Shown here: in pieces, positions 1 to 7,712 of the stretch
Layout: every line of letters starts with the position of its first letter
Numbering within the stretch: position 1 is the stretch's first letter
Origin: an uncultured Candidatus Saccharibacteria bacterium
GTDB lineage: Bacteria; Patescibacteriota; Saccharimonadia; Saccharimonadales; Saccharimonadaceae
Length of the DNA: 64,000 bases
Direction of reading: 5' to 3'
NCBI GenBank assembly: GCA_964538665.1
Contig: CAZIEB010000001.1
Span: 7,031-71,030 of the forward strand
Notes under the pieces: generated by a model
What the model was told of the DNA's origin: nothing
What the model saw: the letters and a program-made list of their open reading frames with translations, nothing else
Database searches by the model: none
Program-made: the position numbers and the translations under genes

Positions 1-1038
1 GACGATATTCCTACCGAGTCGCGTTTGCTGCGAGACCAAGTAACAGCCGACGACATTGCGGCGGTAGTCGCGCGGTGGACAGGCATTCCAGTGGATAGAC
101 TGACGCAGAGTGATACCGAAAAACTGAGTCACCTCGAAGATGATTTGCATATGCGCGTTATTGGGCAGCACCGTGCCGTCGATGCGGTTGCAAATGCTAT
201 CCGGCGTTCGCGGGCAGGTATCGGTGATCAGCATCGACCGATTGGGTCATTTCTGTTTCTCGGACCGACTGGCGTGGGTAAAACTGAGCTGGCCAAGAGT
301 CTTGCCGCCTCGCTGTTCGATGATGAGCGAGCAATTGTCCGTATAGATATGAGTGAGTACATGGAGCAACACGCAGTATCGCGATTGATTGGTGCGCCTC
401 CAGGATATGTTGGCTATGATCAGGGTGGTCAGCTCACTGAAGCCGTACGACGACGACCATATAGCATCGTGCTATTTGATGAGATCGAAAAAGCGCATCA
501 GGATGTCTTCAATGTGTTGCTGCAGGTGCTCGATGATGGGCGATTGACAGACGGTCAAGGCCGTACCGTCAATTTCTCAAATACCGTCATCATTATGACA
601 AGCAATATCGGCTCTCGTCATATTCAGGAGTGGGACGGTAAAAACTTTTTAGCCCTCGAGCAGACGCTCCACAAGGAGTTGTCATCACACCTGCGGCCGG
701 AGTTTATCAATCGAATCGACGATATAGTGGTATTTGATAGAATTCAGCCTGAAGACATGGCACAAATTGTCGAAGTGCAGCTGGCTCGGACGCTGGCACA
801 GCTCGAATCGAGTAGAGGTCTACGCGTCACTGTCAGTGATGCAGCCAAACAGTCGCTTGCCACGATGGGGTACGATCAGGCGTTTGGAGCCCGCCCACTC
901 AAAAGGATTATCCAAAAACATATTCTCGATGAACTTGCCAAGATGATTATTACCGGCAAGATTGGCGAAGATGCGACTGTGCACGTCGATGCAAAAAATG
1001 ACACATTTGTGATCCGTCCAGAAAGCTCAGCAGCCTAG
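1..1038 (+). CDS. clpB: ClpB-type AAA+ disaggregase, C-terminal part (5' end lies outside the window)
   Basis: Frame 1 is open from nt 1. The translation carries the second AAA+ module: Walker A GPTGVGKTELAK, Walker B IVLFDEIEKAH, GARPLKR and the C-terminal small domain. Confidence 0.9.
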   Translation, partial: DDIPTESRLLRDQVTADDIAAVVARWTGIPVDRLTQSDTEKLSHLEDDLHMRVIGQHRAVDAVANAIRRSRAGIGDQHRPIGSFLFLGPTGVGKTELAKSLAASLFDDERAIVRIDMSEYMEQHAVSRLIGAPPGYVGYDQGGQLTEAVRRRPYSIVLFDEIEKAHQDVFNVLLQVLDDGRLTDGQGRTVNFSNTVIIMTSNIGSRHIQEWDGKNFLALEQTLHKELSSHLRPEFINRIDDIVVFDRIQPEDMAQIVEVQLARTLAQLESSRGLRVTVSDAAKQSLATMGYDQAFGARPLKRIIQKHILDELAKMIITGKIGEDATVHVDAKNDTFVIRPESSAA

Positions 1039-1295
1039 CTGTGCGTTGAGCGGTGCGGGCATCCTGCCCAACAGCAGGGACGACGTTCGCCGCGCTCTAA
1101 CTTGTCCTTGGCGATATGGATTCGTCTTGCTCGAGTCTCAGGTTTTTTTGCAGATGTAATCCAGCATATAAACTCATTGCGCGCCAGTGGGGTAATGTCT
1201 TGCCATGCGTGACGCATTTTTGGCTGCGTCGCCAGAAGGCCACGGAAGTCTTGTGGGAGTGAATGAACAACGCCTGACTTGAGTGAATTTGTCAT
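1035..1295 (-). CDS. YdeI/OmpD-associated family protein
   Basis: Listed ORF 1035..1409 trimmed to the internal ATG at 1295 (MTNSLKSG...), which removes the overlap with the divergent TetR gene. The C-terminus AKKPETRARRI...RPCCWAGCPHR fits my memory of this family. Its stop shares a CTAG palindrome with the clpB stop. Confidence 0.6.
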   Translation of the reverse strand: MTNSLKSGVVHSLPQDFRGLLATQPKMRHAWQDITPLARNEFICWITSAKKPETRARRIHIAKDKLERGERRPCCWAGCPHRSTHS

Positions 1296-1343
1296 GCCAT
1301 CAGTATAAATCAAAAAAGTAGTTTCAATTAATAGAACGTCCGT

Positions 1344-1349
1344 TATAAT
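1344..1349 (+). promoter_or_regulatory. -10 box TATAAT, 7 nt upstream of the TetR ATG (leaderless-type)
   Basis: Consensus hexamer read directly. ATG at 1357 with no Shine-Dalgarno sequence between. Confidence 0.45.
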
Positions 1350-1356
1350 AATAGAC

Positions 1357-1956
1357 ATGGCAGCACGAATAGCGGGCAAAACAGCCACAAAGCAAAGAAT
1401 TGAGTTCACTGCTCGGTCACTATTTGCGAGGGTAGGCTATGAAGGATTTTCGATGCGACTACTCGCACACGAATGTGGCGTGTCGTTGTCGAGTTTGTAC
1501 CATTTCTTCAAAGACAAGGACGATATACTCAAGCATATCTACACTATGACCAATCGTCAGCTCGGGTTACAGCGAGGCGCGCTTGACGAAGGCGAGACTA
1601 TGTCAGATATGTTGTGGAAGCGAATTGAGTTTCAGTTCGAACATATCGAAGAAGTAGTGTTTGTACTAAAGTACTACCTGCATTTCCGCAGTTCGTTCGA
1701 AAAAAACAACGAAGGTCACCTGCCCCACAAGTCCGCTCTTCATATAGAAGAAGTACTTCGCCGAGGTATCCGAGACGGCAATATCGTCATCGCAGAAGAT
1801 GAAATCCTCCAGGAGGCAAAAATTGTCGCTCATGTGATCAACGGGTTTCTCCTAGAATATTTCCCTGATTCAACAGAGCCAAGCGAACGAACACAGCTGA
1901 TAGATAGCATGCACGGTTTTATACTGCGAGCACTCTACGCAAAAGGAGGTACCTGA
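1357..1956 (+). CDS. TetR/AcrR family transcriptional regulator
   Basis: N-terminal HTH region TKQRIEFTARSLFARVGYEGFSMRLLAHECGVSLSSLYHFF is typical of TetR_N. Confidence 0.8.
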   Translation: MAARIAGKTATKQRIEFTARSLFARVGYEGFSMRLLAHECGVSLSSLYHFFKDKDDILKHIYTMTNRQLGLQRGALDEGETMSDMLWKRIEFQFEHIEEVVFVLKYYLHFRSSFEKNNEGHLPHKSALHIEEVLRRGIRDGNIVIAEDEILQEAKIVAHVINGFLLEYFPDSTEPSERTQLIDSMHGFILRALYAKGGT

Positions 1957-2028
1957 TATTTAAGACATTATGGGCGCATTACTCACGATACAAGTAAGAA
2001 AATATAATGGTATAAGGCGCACACAATT

Positions 2029-2607
2029 ATGGAGAATAAAAACGTAATCATAGGAAGCATCGCGGTCGTCGTACTCGTCGTCGCAGGTGTACTCTTCTTT
2101 ATGAATCAAAACCAGACTGATATGACTGACGAATCAGCCAACACCCAACCGCAAACGACCGAAACGGTTGAAAACACCACGCCAGACATCGTCGAAACTG
2201 CGAGCAACACTGAAAGTCTTTCGACACTCGTCACTGCAGTACAAGCAGCTGATCTAGTCGAGACATTGCATGGTGAAGGGCCATTTACGGTTCTCGCACC
2301 GACCAGTGCAGCATTTGACGCTCTGCCTGAAGGCACGCTCAATGACTTGTTGCTACCAGAGAACAAAGACACACTTGCTGGCATCTTGACGTACCACGTG
2401 ATCTCAGGTGAAGTACTTTCTAGCGACCTCACTGACGGTCAAGTAGTCACGACTGTACAGGGCGAAGAGCTGACAGTATCACTCGCCGATGGTATGGTGA
2501 TGTTTACTGACGCCAAAGGCGGATCAGCAACGGTCACAACCGCAGATGTGCGCGCCGGCAACGGTGTGGTCCACATCATAGACACAGTACTTATGCCCGC
2601 AGCCTAA
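2029..2607 (+). CDS. Membrane-anchored fasciclin (FAS1) domain protein
   Basis: N-terminal TM helix, then LSTLVTAVQAADL...GPFTVLAPTSAAFDALPEGT...LTYHVISG...NGVVHIIDTVLMP, the FAS1 signature blocks. Confidence 0.85.
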   Translation: MENKNVIIGSIAVVVLVVAGVLFFMNQNQTDMTDESANTQPQTTETVENTTPDIVETASNTESLSTLVTAVQAADLVETLHGEGPFTVLAPTSAAFDALPEGTLNDLLLPENKDTLAGILTYHVISGEVLSSDLTDGQVVTTVQGEELTVSLADGMVMFTDAKGGSATVTTADVRAGNGVVHIIDTVLMPAA

Positions 2608-2639
2608 GTAATGTAGAACACCCAACACTAGTGCAAATC

Positions 2640-2660
2640 GGGAGCATATCGCTCCCGTTT
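2640..2660 (+). terminator. Weak stem-loop after the fasciclin gene
   Basis: gggagc-atatc-gctccc followed by gttt. The U-tract is short. Confidence 0.35.
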
Positions 2661-2685
2661 GCATAAAAGAGTATAGTGAGAATAG

Positions 2686-2961
2686 ATGAAACAGTTGTTG
2701 AAGGCAGTATTTCAAGACGATACTGGCCAATATGTGACAGGACAGCCGCCAAATATTCCCGTATATTTGATGCTCGCTGGCTTTGTAGGGTCGCGAGTGG
2801 TCACCCAAGGAGCCTGGCATGAGATATTTAGCTTTGTGCTGATCGGATCACTGTTTACATGGGCATATCTCGAGATAGCATACGGTGCGTCGCTATTTCG
2901 TCGGGTCTTAGGAGGCGTTGTCATGATAGGTGCGTGTGCATCTTTTGTAGGAGCTGTATGA
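2686..2961 (+). CDS. Small hypothetical membrane protein
   Basis: 91-codon ORF with about 3 hydrophobic segments. TATAGT (2672-2677) lies 8 nt upstream of the ATG. Confidence 0.45.
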   Translation: MKQLLKAVFQDDTGQYVTGQPPNIPVYLMLAGFVGSRVVTQGAWHEIFSFVLIGSLFTWAYLEIAYGASLFRRVLGGVVMIGACASFVGAV

Positions 2962-3005
2962 AATTGTTATTAGATGAATGGAGTTAAACAGGTATAATCA
3001 TGCGT

Positions 3006-3155
3006 ATGGTTGATACTATGCAAGTCCACGCAGTCAAGACAGCTGTCGATGACACATCGTCGTCAGCGGCAGGTGCAGGCTGGAAACGATTTCTCTGGCT
3101 CAACTATGTTGTTGGGTTTGTCGTGACGATTTCTCTCATCCTCTCAGGTATCTAG
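3006..3155 (+). CDS. Candidate 49-aa tail-anchored membrane peptide
   Basis: Not in the ORF track (under 60 aa). TATAAT 2993-2998 lies 7 nt upstream of ATG 3006. Product MVDTMQVHAV...WKRFLWLNYVVGFVVTISLILSGI has one C-terminal TM helix. Confidence 0.35.
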   Translation: MVDTMQVHAVKTAVDDTSSSAAGAGWKRFLWLNYVVGFVVTISLILSGI

Positions 3156-3170
3156 AGACAAATAATCAAA

Positions 3171-3197
3171 CTGGCACTCTTGACATGAGAGTGCCAG
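3171..3197 (+). promoter_or_regulatory. CIRCE-like inverted repeat (candidate HrcA operator)
   Basis: CTGGCACTC-N9-GAGTGCCAG compared with the CIRCE consensus TTAGCACTC-N9-GAGTGCTAA. Located just upstream of hsp20. Confidence 0.6.
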
Positions 3198-3209
3198 TTT
3201 TACTATAAT
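3180..3209 (+). promoter_or_regulatory. Sigma-70-type promoter of hsp20
   Basis: TTGACA (3180-3185, inside the CIRCE loop), 18-nt spacer, TATAAT (3204-3209). Confidence 0.55.
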
Positions 3210-3266
3210 GAACCTAGAAGCTTTTATGCTTCTCTCAGTACAACTAATTTGGAAAGGAGAACTATA

Positions 3267-3698
3267 ATGAGCCACCTAGTAAAATGGGACCCATTCTCAG
3301 AGCTCACCGCTCTGCAAAAACAATTTTTCGGCGACGACTGGATGTCGCCACTCAAAGGTGTCAATATACCGACGACGGATGTCTATACCAAGGATAATAA
3401 CCTTGTGGTCGAAGCTCATTTACCAAACTTTGAGCAAAAAGACATCAATGTCCATATTGATGAAGGATCATTAATTGTCAGTGCTGAACGCCATGAAAAA
3501 GACGAAGACAAGGGCAAGCAATACGTTGTGCGCGAAAGCTCGAGTAGTTTTTATCGTCGGATTTCATTGCCAAAACGAGCCGATGCCGACAAAATCAAAG
3601 CTTCGCTTGATGACGGGGTATTGCATGTCACTATTCCGCTGACGCCGCTGCCTGAGCCCAAGAAAATTTCTATAGACGCTAAGCCAGCCAAGAAATAA
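3267..3698 (+). CDS. Hsp20/alpha-crystallin small heat-shock protein
   Basis: ATG 3267 preceded by GGAAAGGAG. Alpha-crystallin core DVYTKDNNLVVEAHLPNF...FYRRISLP...ASLDDGVLHVTIP. Confidence 0.9.
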   Translation: MSHLVKWDPFSELTALQKQFFGDDWMSPLKGVNIPTTDVYTKDNNLVVEAHLPNFEQKDINVHIDEGSLIVSAERHEKDEDKGKQYVVRESSSSFYRRISLPKRADADKIKASLDDGVLHVTIPLTPLPEPKKISIDAKPAKK

Positions 3699-3724
3699 CC
3701 GCTACAGCACCAGGGTCGTTTCCT

Positions 3725-3733
3725 TGCTATACT
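3725..3733 (+). promoter_or_regulatory. Extended -10 TGcTATACT, 8 nt upstream of ATG 3742
   Basis: Read directly. No SD before the start codon. Confidence 0.45.
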
Positions 3734-3741
3734 AGTGCTAT

Positions 3742-5136
3742 ATGCCTGCATGGTCTGAAGCACTCGTATTCTTGCTCATAGTCTGGGTTTTTGCTCGAAT
3801 TATCAAACGCAATGTCGCACTGTTTCAACAATACTTTATCCCAAGCTCGATTATTGGAGGGCTGTTGTTACTGATAACGGGGCCGCAAATTTTTGGAATT
3901 GTCCCTGGCTCAAGTGCTGAGTTTTTGTCGCTCTTGCCGGCATTGCTAATCAATGTTGTCTTTGCTGGATTGTTCCTCGGTAAACCAACGCCAGGGCCAC
4001 GTCAGATTTGGCAGCAAGCCGGTCCGATGATAGCCTTTGGCGGTACGATAGCCTGGGGTATGTATGTACTTGGAATCTTGTTAACCATGCTACTACTGAC
4101 GCCATTATTCGGCGCGCCACCAATCTTTGGAGCTTTGCTCGAAGTTAGCTTTACCGGCGGCCATGGCACAGCAGCAGGACTTGCACCGATGTTTGCTGAG
4201 CTTGGCTGGCCCGAAGCAACCGATATTGCACTCGGACTTGCTACATTCAGTATCATCACAGCCGTCATTGTTGGTATCACAATCATCAATATATACAACC
4301 GTCGGGTAGGGCGAGCACTCGACCGTGCAACGATGGCAGTTCAGCAAAAACGGATGATCAAAAATGGATATAGTCTCGTCAGGGTATCAAGCCGGTTCGA
4401 AAAAAATCCACATGAGCTGACAATTGTTGCGATACTGTTTGCAGTTGCGATTGCGATCGGGTGGCTGATCTTACGATCACTAGTATGGCTTGAAAGCATC
4501 ATACTCGGCGATGTGACTGATATACGGTTCTTCGTGCATCTGCCGCTCTTTCCGCTCGCAATGTTTGGTGGCTTGATTGTGCAGATGGTACTTAGCCGCA
4601 CAAATCTGATTCGCCATGTCAGCCGGGTTACTGTGCAGACAATCGGTATTATAGCGCTTGATCTACTCATTATTACGGCGATTGGCACGATGTCACTCAA
4701 TGTTATCGGCAGTAACTTTGCGTCGTTTATTATTTTGGCGCTGAGCGGCGTGGCCTGGATACTTGCCAGCTTTTATTTTCTTGCGCCGCGGATTTTTCGT
4801 CGACACTGGTTTGTCTACGGCATCACGGATACGGGTCAGGCAATGGGCATGACTGCGACTGGACTGCTCCTCAATCGTCTCGCTGACCCGACCAACCGTA
4901 CCGGTGTTCGCGAAGCATTTGCGTACAAGCAACTCGCATTTGAGCCCTTCATGGGCGGTGGTATTGTGACTGCTATGGCGGCAATTGCAATTGTCGAAAT
5001 CGGTCAAATTCCGTCACTGATTATTGCATCGGTCTTTACATTATTTTGGTTATTTGTTGGATTATCGCTCGGGTCACGAGGTTTTCGACGGCTCAAGCGT
5101 GACCTCCGTATCGGTAGTTTTGCGATTCGCCTCTGA
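3742..5136 (+). CDS. gltS: Sodium/glutamate symporter (GltS/ESS family) homolog
   Basis: Polytopic 464-aa protein. FQQYFIPSSIIGGLL and SFTGGHGTAAG correspond to the E. coli GltS blocks KKYTIPEPVAGGLL and LSGGHGTGAA as I recall them. Confidence 0.7.
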   Translation: MPAWSEALVFLLIVWVFARIIKRNVALFQQYFIPSSIIGGLLLLITGPQIFGIVPGSSAEFLSLLPALLINVVFAGLFLGKPTPGPRQIWQQAGPMIAFGGTIAWGMYVLGILLTMLLLTPLFGAPPIFGALLEVSFTGGHGTAAGLAPMFAELGWPEATDIALGLATFSIITAVIVGITIINIYNRRVGRALDRATMAVQQKRMIKNGYSLVRVSSRFEKNPHELTIVAILFAVAIAIGWLILRSLVWLESIILGDVTDIRFFVHLPLFPLAMFGGLIVQMVLSRTNLIRHVSRVTVQTIGIIALDLLIITAIGTMSLNVIGSNFASFIILALSGVAWILASFYFLAPRIFRRHWFVYGITDTGQAMGMTATGLLLNRLADPTNRTGVREAFAYKQLAFEPFMGGGIVTAMAAIAIVEIGQIPSLIIASVFTLFWLFVGLSLGSRGFRRLKRDLRIGSFAIRL

Positions 5137-5158
5137 GTACTGATAGATTATGAGATAG

Positions 5159-5317
5159 CTTACAGTCATATTGATGCTGCCTTATCGAGCCACCACGCCA
5201 CTCGGTCGAGCGGGTCAGCCTGCCGAACTTGTGGGCACCTACGTGTTTTTGGTGAGCCAAGAATCCAGCTATATCACAGGAGAAGTCATTGCTATGGCTG
5301 GTGGTCGACTCACCTAA
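5159..5317 (+). pseudogene. Remnant of the 3' end of a short-chain dehydrogenase/reductase (SDR) gene
   Basis: Open frame without a start encodes ...[43 protein letters not shown], a classic SDR C-terminus. No Rossmann N-terminus lies upstream (gltS ends at 5136). Confidence 0.6.
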
Positions 5318-5331
5318 CGTATAATGAAGCT

Positions 5332-5799
5332 ATGAAAGAAATCGTAATTGCTGGTGGTTGTTTTTGGGGATTGCAAGAGCTGTTTAGGCATCAGGTAGGG
5401 GTGACGGATACCGTGGTTGGGTATACGGGCGGGCAAAATTCAAATCCGACATATGACTACCATCCTGGGCATGCAGAGGCGCTGAAAATTACCTATAATC
5501 CGGCAGAAACATCGGCAGATGCGCTGCTAGACTATTTGTTCCGTATTCATGACCCCACAACGATCAATCGTCAGGGCAACGATATAGGAGAGAGCTATCG
5601 CTCGACAGTTTTTGTTGACACTGATTCGGACAGAGTGATAGCTCAACAGGCAATAAATCGAGCTCAGCGCAACTGGTCGGCACCAATCGTCACGACGATT
5701 GAGCCTCTCGCCACTTTTTACGAAGCCGAGCCAGAACATCAAGATTATCTTCAAAAACATCCGGCAGGGTATACCTGTCATTACGAGCGAGATTTTTGA
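5332..5799 (+). CDS. msrA: Peptide-methionine (S)-S-oxide reductase
   Basis: GGCFWG active-site motif at the N-terminus and GYTGG, HAEA blocks. TATAAT 5320-5325 lies 6 nt upstream of the ATG. Confidence 0.9.
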   Translation: MKEIVIAGGCFWGLQELFRHQVGVTDTVVGYTGGQNSNPTYDYHPGHAEALKITYNPAETSADALLDYLFRIHDPTTINRQGNDIGESYRSTVFVDTDSDRVIAQQAINRAQRNWSAPIVTTIEPLATFYEAEPEHQDYLQKHPAGYTCHYERDF

Positions 5800-5906
5800 G
5801 AAGGATATTGTAAAATCATTATAACTGTGCTATAATAATAGATTGTGGTGCACGTCCGTGCGCCTGTACATGGCCGCAAGCCTCCGAATGGAAGACGTTA
5901 GACACA

Positions 5907-6377
5907 GTGACGATTTTGACACGTATCCTCGGATACAGGCAGGCGCAGATTTCTAGCTGCCTGACGGATGCCGAGCAGATCAACGACTTGCTCGAAGAGC
6001 CCGGTGCATACGGCCGACTCAACGAGCAGGAGCGAACCGATCTGATCCGCAAGGCTCGTTGGGCGGCAAACTGCCCACATCACGATGCACTGAGGTCGTG
6101 GACTATCGAGTTCCTCGAGAACCCCGAGATGTTCAGTGTCGACTCTCGGCTGCTGACGCCCCATGAGCGAGCAGCTGAGATTCGGGGCATCCCAAGTGGT
6201 GATGGCGGCAGAGAAGCCACCATCGCCAAGATGTCCCATCAGGAGTTTCACGCGCTCGTCTATGACGCCGTCAGGCTCGAGCAGATGGGCTTTGATCTGG
6301 GGTCTCACATCCGCACACTGCTCAACTTCGTTGAGTTCCTCGGGTGGTTCACCCGAGATCACGACTACGCGGCATAG
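5907..6377 (+). CDS. Hypothetical protein in a GC-rich island
   Basis: 156-codon ORF (GTG start) with G/C-ending codons unlike its neighbours. Followed by a GC-rich stem-loop. No family recognised. Confidence 0.5.
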   Translation: MTILTRILGYRQAQISSCLTDAEQINDLLEEPGAYGRLNEQERTDLIRKARWAANCPHHDALRSWTIEFLENPEMFSVDSRLLTPHERAAEIRGIPSGDGGREATIAKMSHQEFHALVYDAVRLEQMGFDLGSHIRTLLNFVEFLGWFTRDHDYAA

Positions 6378-6389
6378 CCGCACCACACT

Positions 6390-6436
6390 GCCCGCACTAG
6401 TGCTTGAGCCGAAGGCTCGCACCTACAAGTGCGGGC
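6390..6436 (+). terminator. GC-rich stem-loop after the island gene
   Basis: gcccgcact ... agtgcgggc with an inner gagcc-gaa-ggctc hairpin, followed by cttcaatttctc. Confidence 0.45.
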
Positions 6437-6478
6437 CTTCAATTTCTCAAATATTTCCAAATGGGGGTGTATATTAAG

Positions 6479-7426
6479 CTACAGATTTGTATATTCGTAC
6501 GCCAGAAATATCATGTAGCAGGCGAGGAGGGCCAGACCGTTTGCACGTGAGAGTGAGCGATTGTGACGAATCATTGCAAAGAACATACCTAGTGCAAATA
6601 TGATGATGAAAAACGTGATCACAAAACTTTTTTCGGTCACGACGTGGCCATCGTTGAATAACGAGAAGACACCAAAAAGCATTGTGTTTGTCGCGGCAGA
6701 GCCGAGGTAGTCGCCCAGCGCAATGTCCTGTGCCTTGTGTTTGAACGATCGCAGCGCCAATGATATTTCGGGGAGATTTGTCCCTACACCGAGTACGACG
6801 AGACTGATTACAAAGGTAGAGATATTCCAAAACTCAGAAAAGGCGATAGTTTGCTGCACTATATACTGGCTTGTCAGATACACGAGCCCGACGCCGAGTA
6901 CCAGTCGTAGCAGTACTCTGAGCATGTGAATATGTTGCCCGCTATGGATGATATGTTGCATGCGCGCAAAGATGTTTTCTTTTGTCCGAATGATGAAAAA
7001 CAGTACCGCATACAGAGCCACAAGTATTGTCGCCTCAGTATTGGTGACGACTTGGTCGAGCGTAAAGAATGCCGGTAGGGCGATGATGACGAGCGTGATG
7101 AGTAGCTTGCTATCGCTAAGGTGTTTTTTGACTTGAATCTTTTTGTTGATGACCGCGAGTAGTGGTATCACCAGCAAAAACATAACGATGATACCCCCCA
7201 GCAGATTGCCGACAAAAACTTCTGGGTAGCCTGCGCCTAGGGCGTTGATACCGACGGCCATCTCGGGTATTGATGTCATTAGTCCGAGGACGAAAAATGA
7301 AAAGGCAAATGCCGGTATACGTATCTTCTGGGCCAATATCTTGACTGCCGTGATAATCAAACCAGACCCGTACCAGAGCCCGACAAACGCAGCGATGTAG
7401 ACAAAAAATAATAGCAAATGATTCAT
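6479..7426 (-). CDS. Ca2+/cation antiporter (CaCA, YrbG-like sodium/calcium exchanger family)
   Basis: About 10 TM helices. Two alpha-repeat motifs, GLMTSIPEMAVG and GVGTNLPEISLA. Confidence 0.8.
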   Translation of the reverse strand: MNHLLLFFVYIAAFVGLWYGSGLIITAVKILAQKIRIPAFAFSFFVLGLMTSIPEMAVGINALGAGYPEVFVGNLLGGIIVMFLLVIPLLAVINKKIQVKKHLSDSKLLITLVIIALPAFFTLDQVVTNTEATILVALYAVLFFIIRTKENIFARMQHIIHSGQHIHMLRVLLRLVLGVGLVYLTSQYIVQQTIAFSEFWNISTFVISLVVLGVGTNLPEISLALRSFKHKAQDIALGDYLGSAATNTMLFGVFSLFNDGHVVTEKSFVITFFIIIFALGMFFAMIRHNRSLSRANGLALLACYMIFLAYEYTNL

Positions 7427-7543
7427 AATGTTTGTATTTTGATTACTACTAGTAGTATAGCAGAATATGATATCGGCTTTTTATATTTTCAGTTTGTTCG
7501 TCATGTTGGTTAATACGCATCGGTTGTGTTTGATGATGCAAAC

Positions 7544-7573
7544 TTGACCCCACCATCCCGCTCATGCTATAAC
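7544..7573 (+). promoter_or_regulatory. Promoter upstream of the LRR surface protein gene
   Basis: TTGACC (7544-7549), 18 nt, TATAAC (7568-7573), embedded in GCTCATGCTATAAC. The same GCTCATGCTA motif precedes three genes of the 26-31 kb cluster. Confidence 0.5.
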
Positions 7574-7712
7574 TACAGTAATCACTTTCGTCATAACCTA
7601 CTCTCCACCACGGGTATAGCTAAAAGGGCGAGTGAAACAAACATTACACAAAACACATTAGTGGAGAGACGTACATGACCAATCTTCGGGGGATTACTAC
7701 AAACTTACCGGT

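Noticed and set aside
1296-1409. N-terminal extension of the YdeI-like ORF up to 1409
   Set aside because: The extension would overlap the TetR promoter and start region and would add a hydrophobic, non-homologous 38 aa. The internal ATG at 1295 gives a family-typical length.
5898-6422. 174-aa minus-strand ORF antisense to ORF 5907..6377
   Set aside because: High-GC DNA keeps both strands open. The plus-strand product looks like a natural helical, charged protein and is followed by a plus-strand stem-loop with a T-rich tail. The minus-strand product is rich in Arg, Cys and Ser. The plus strand was kept, at moderate confidence only.
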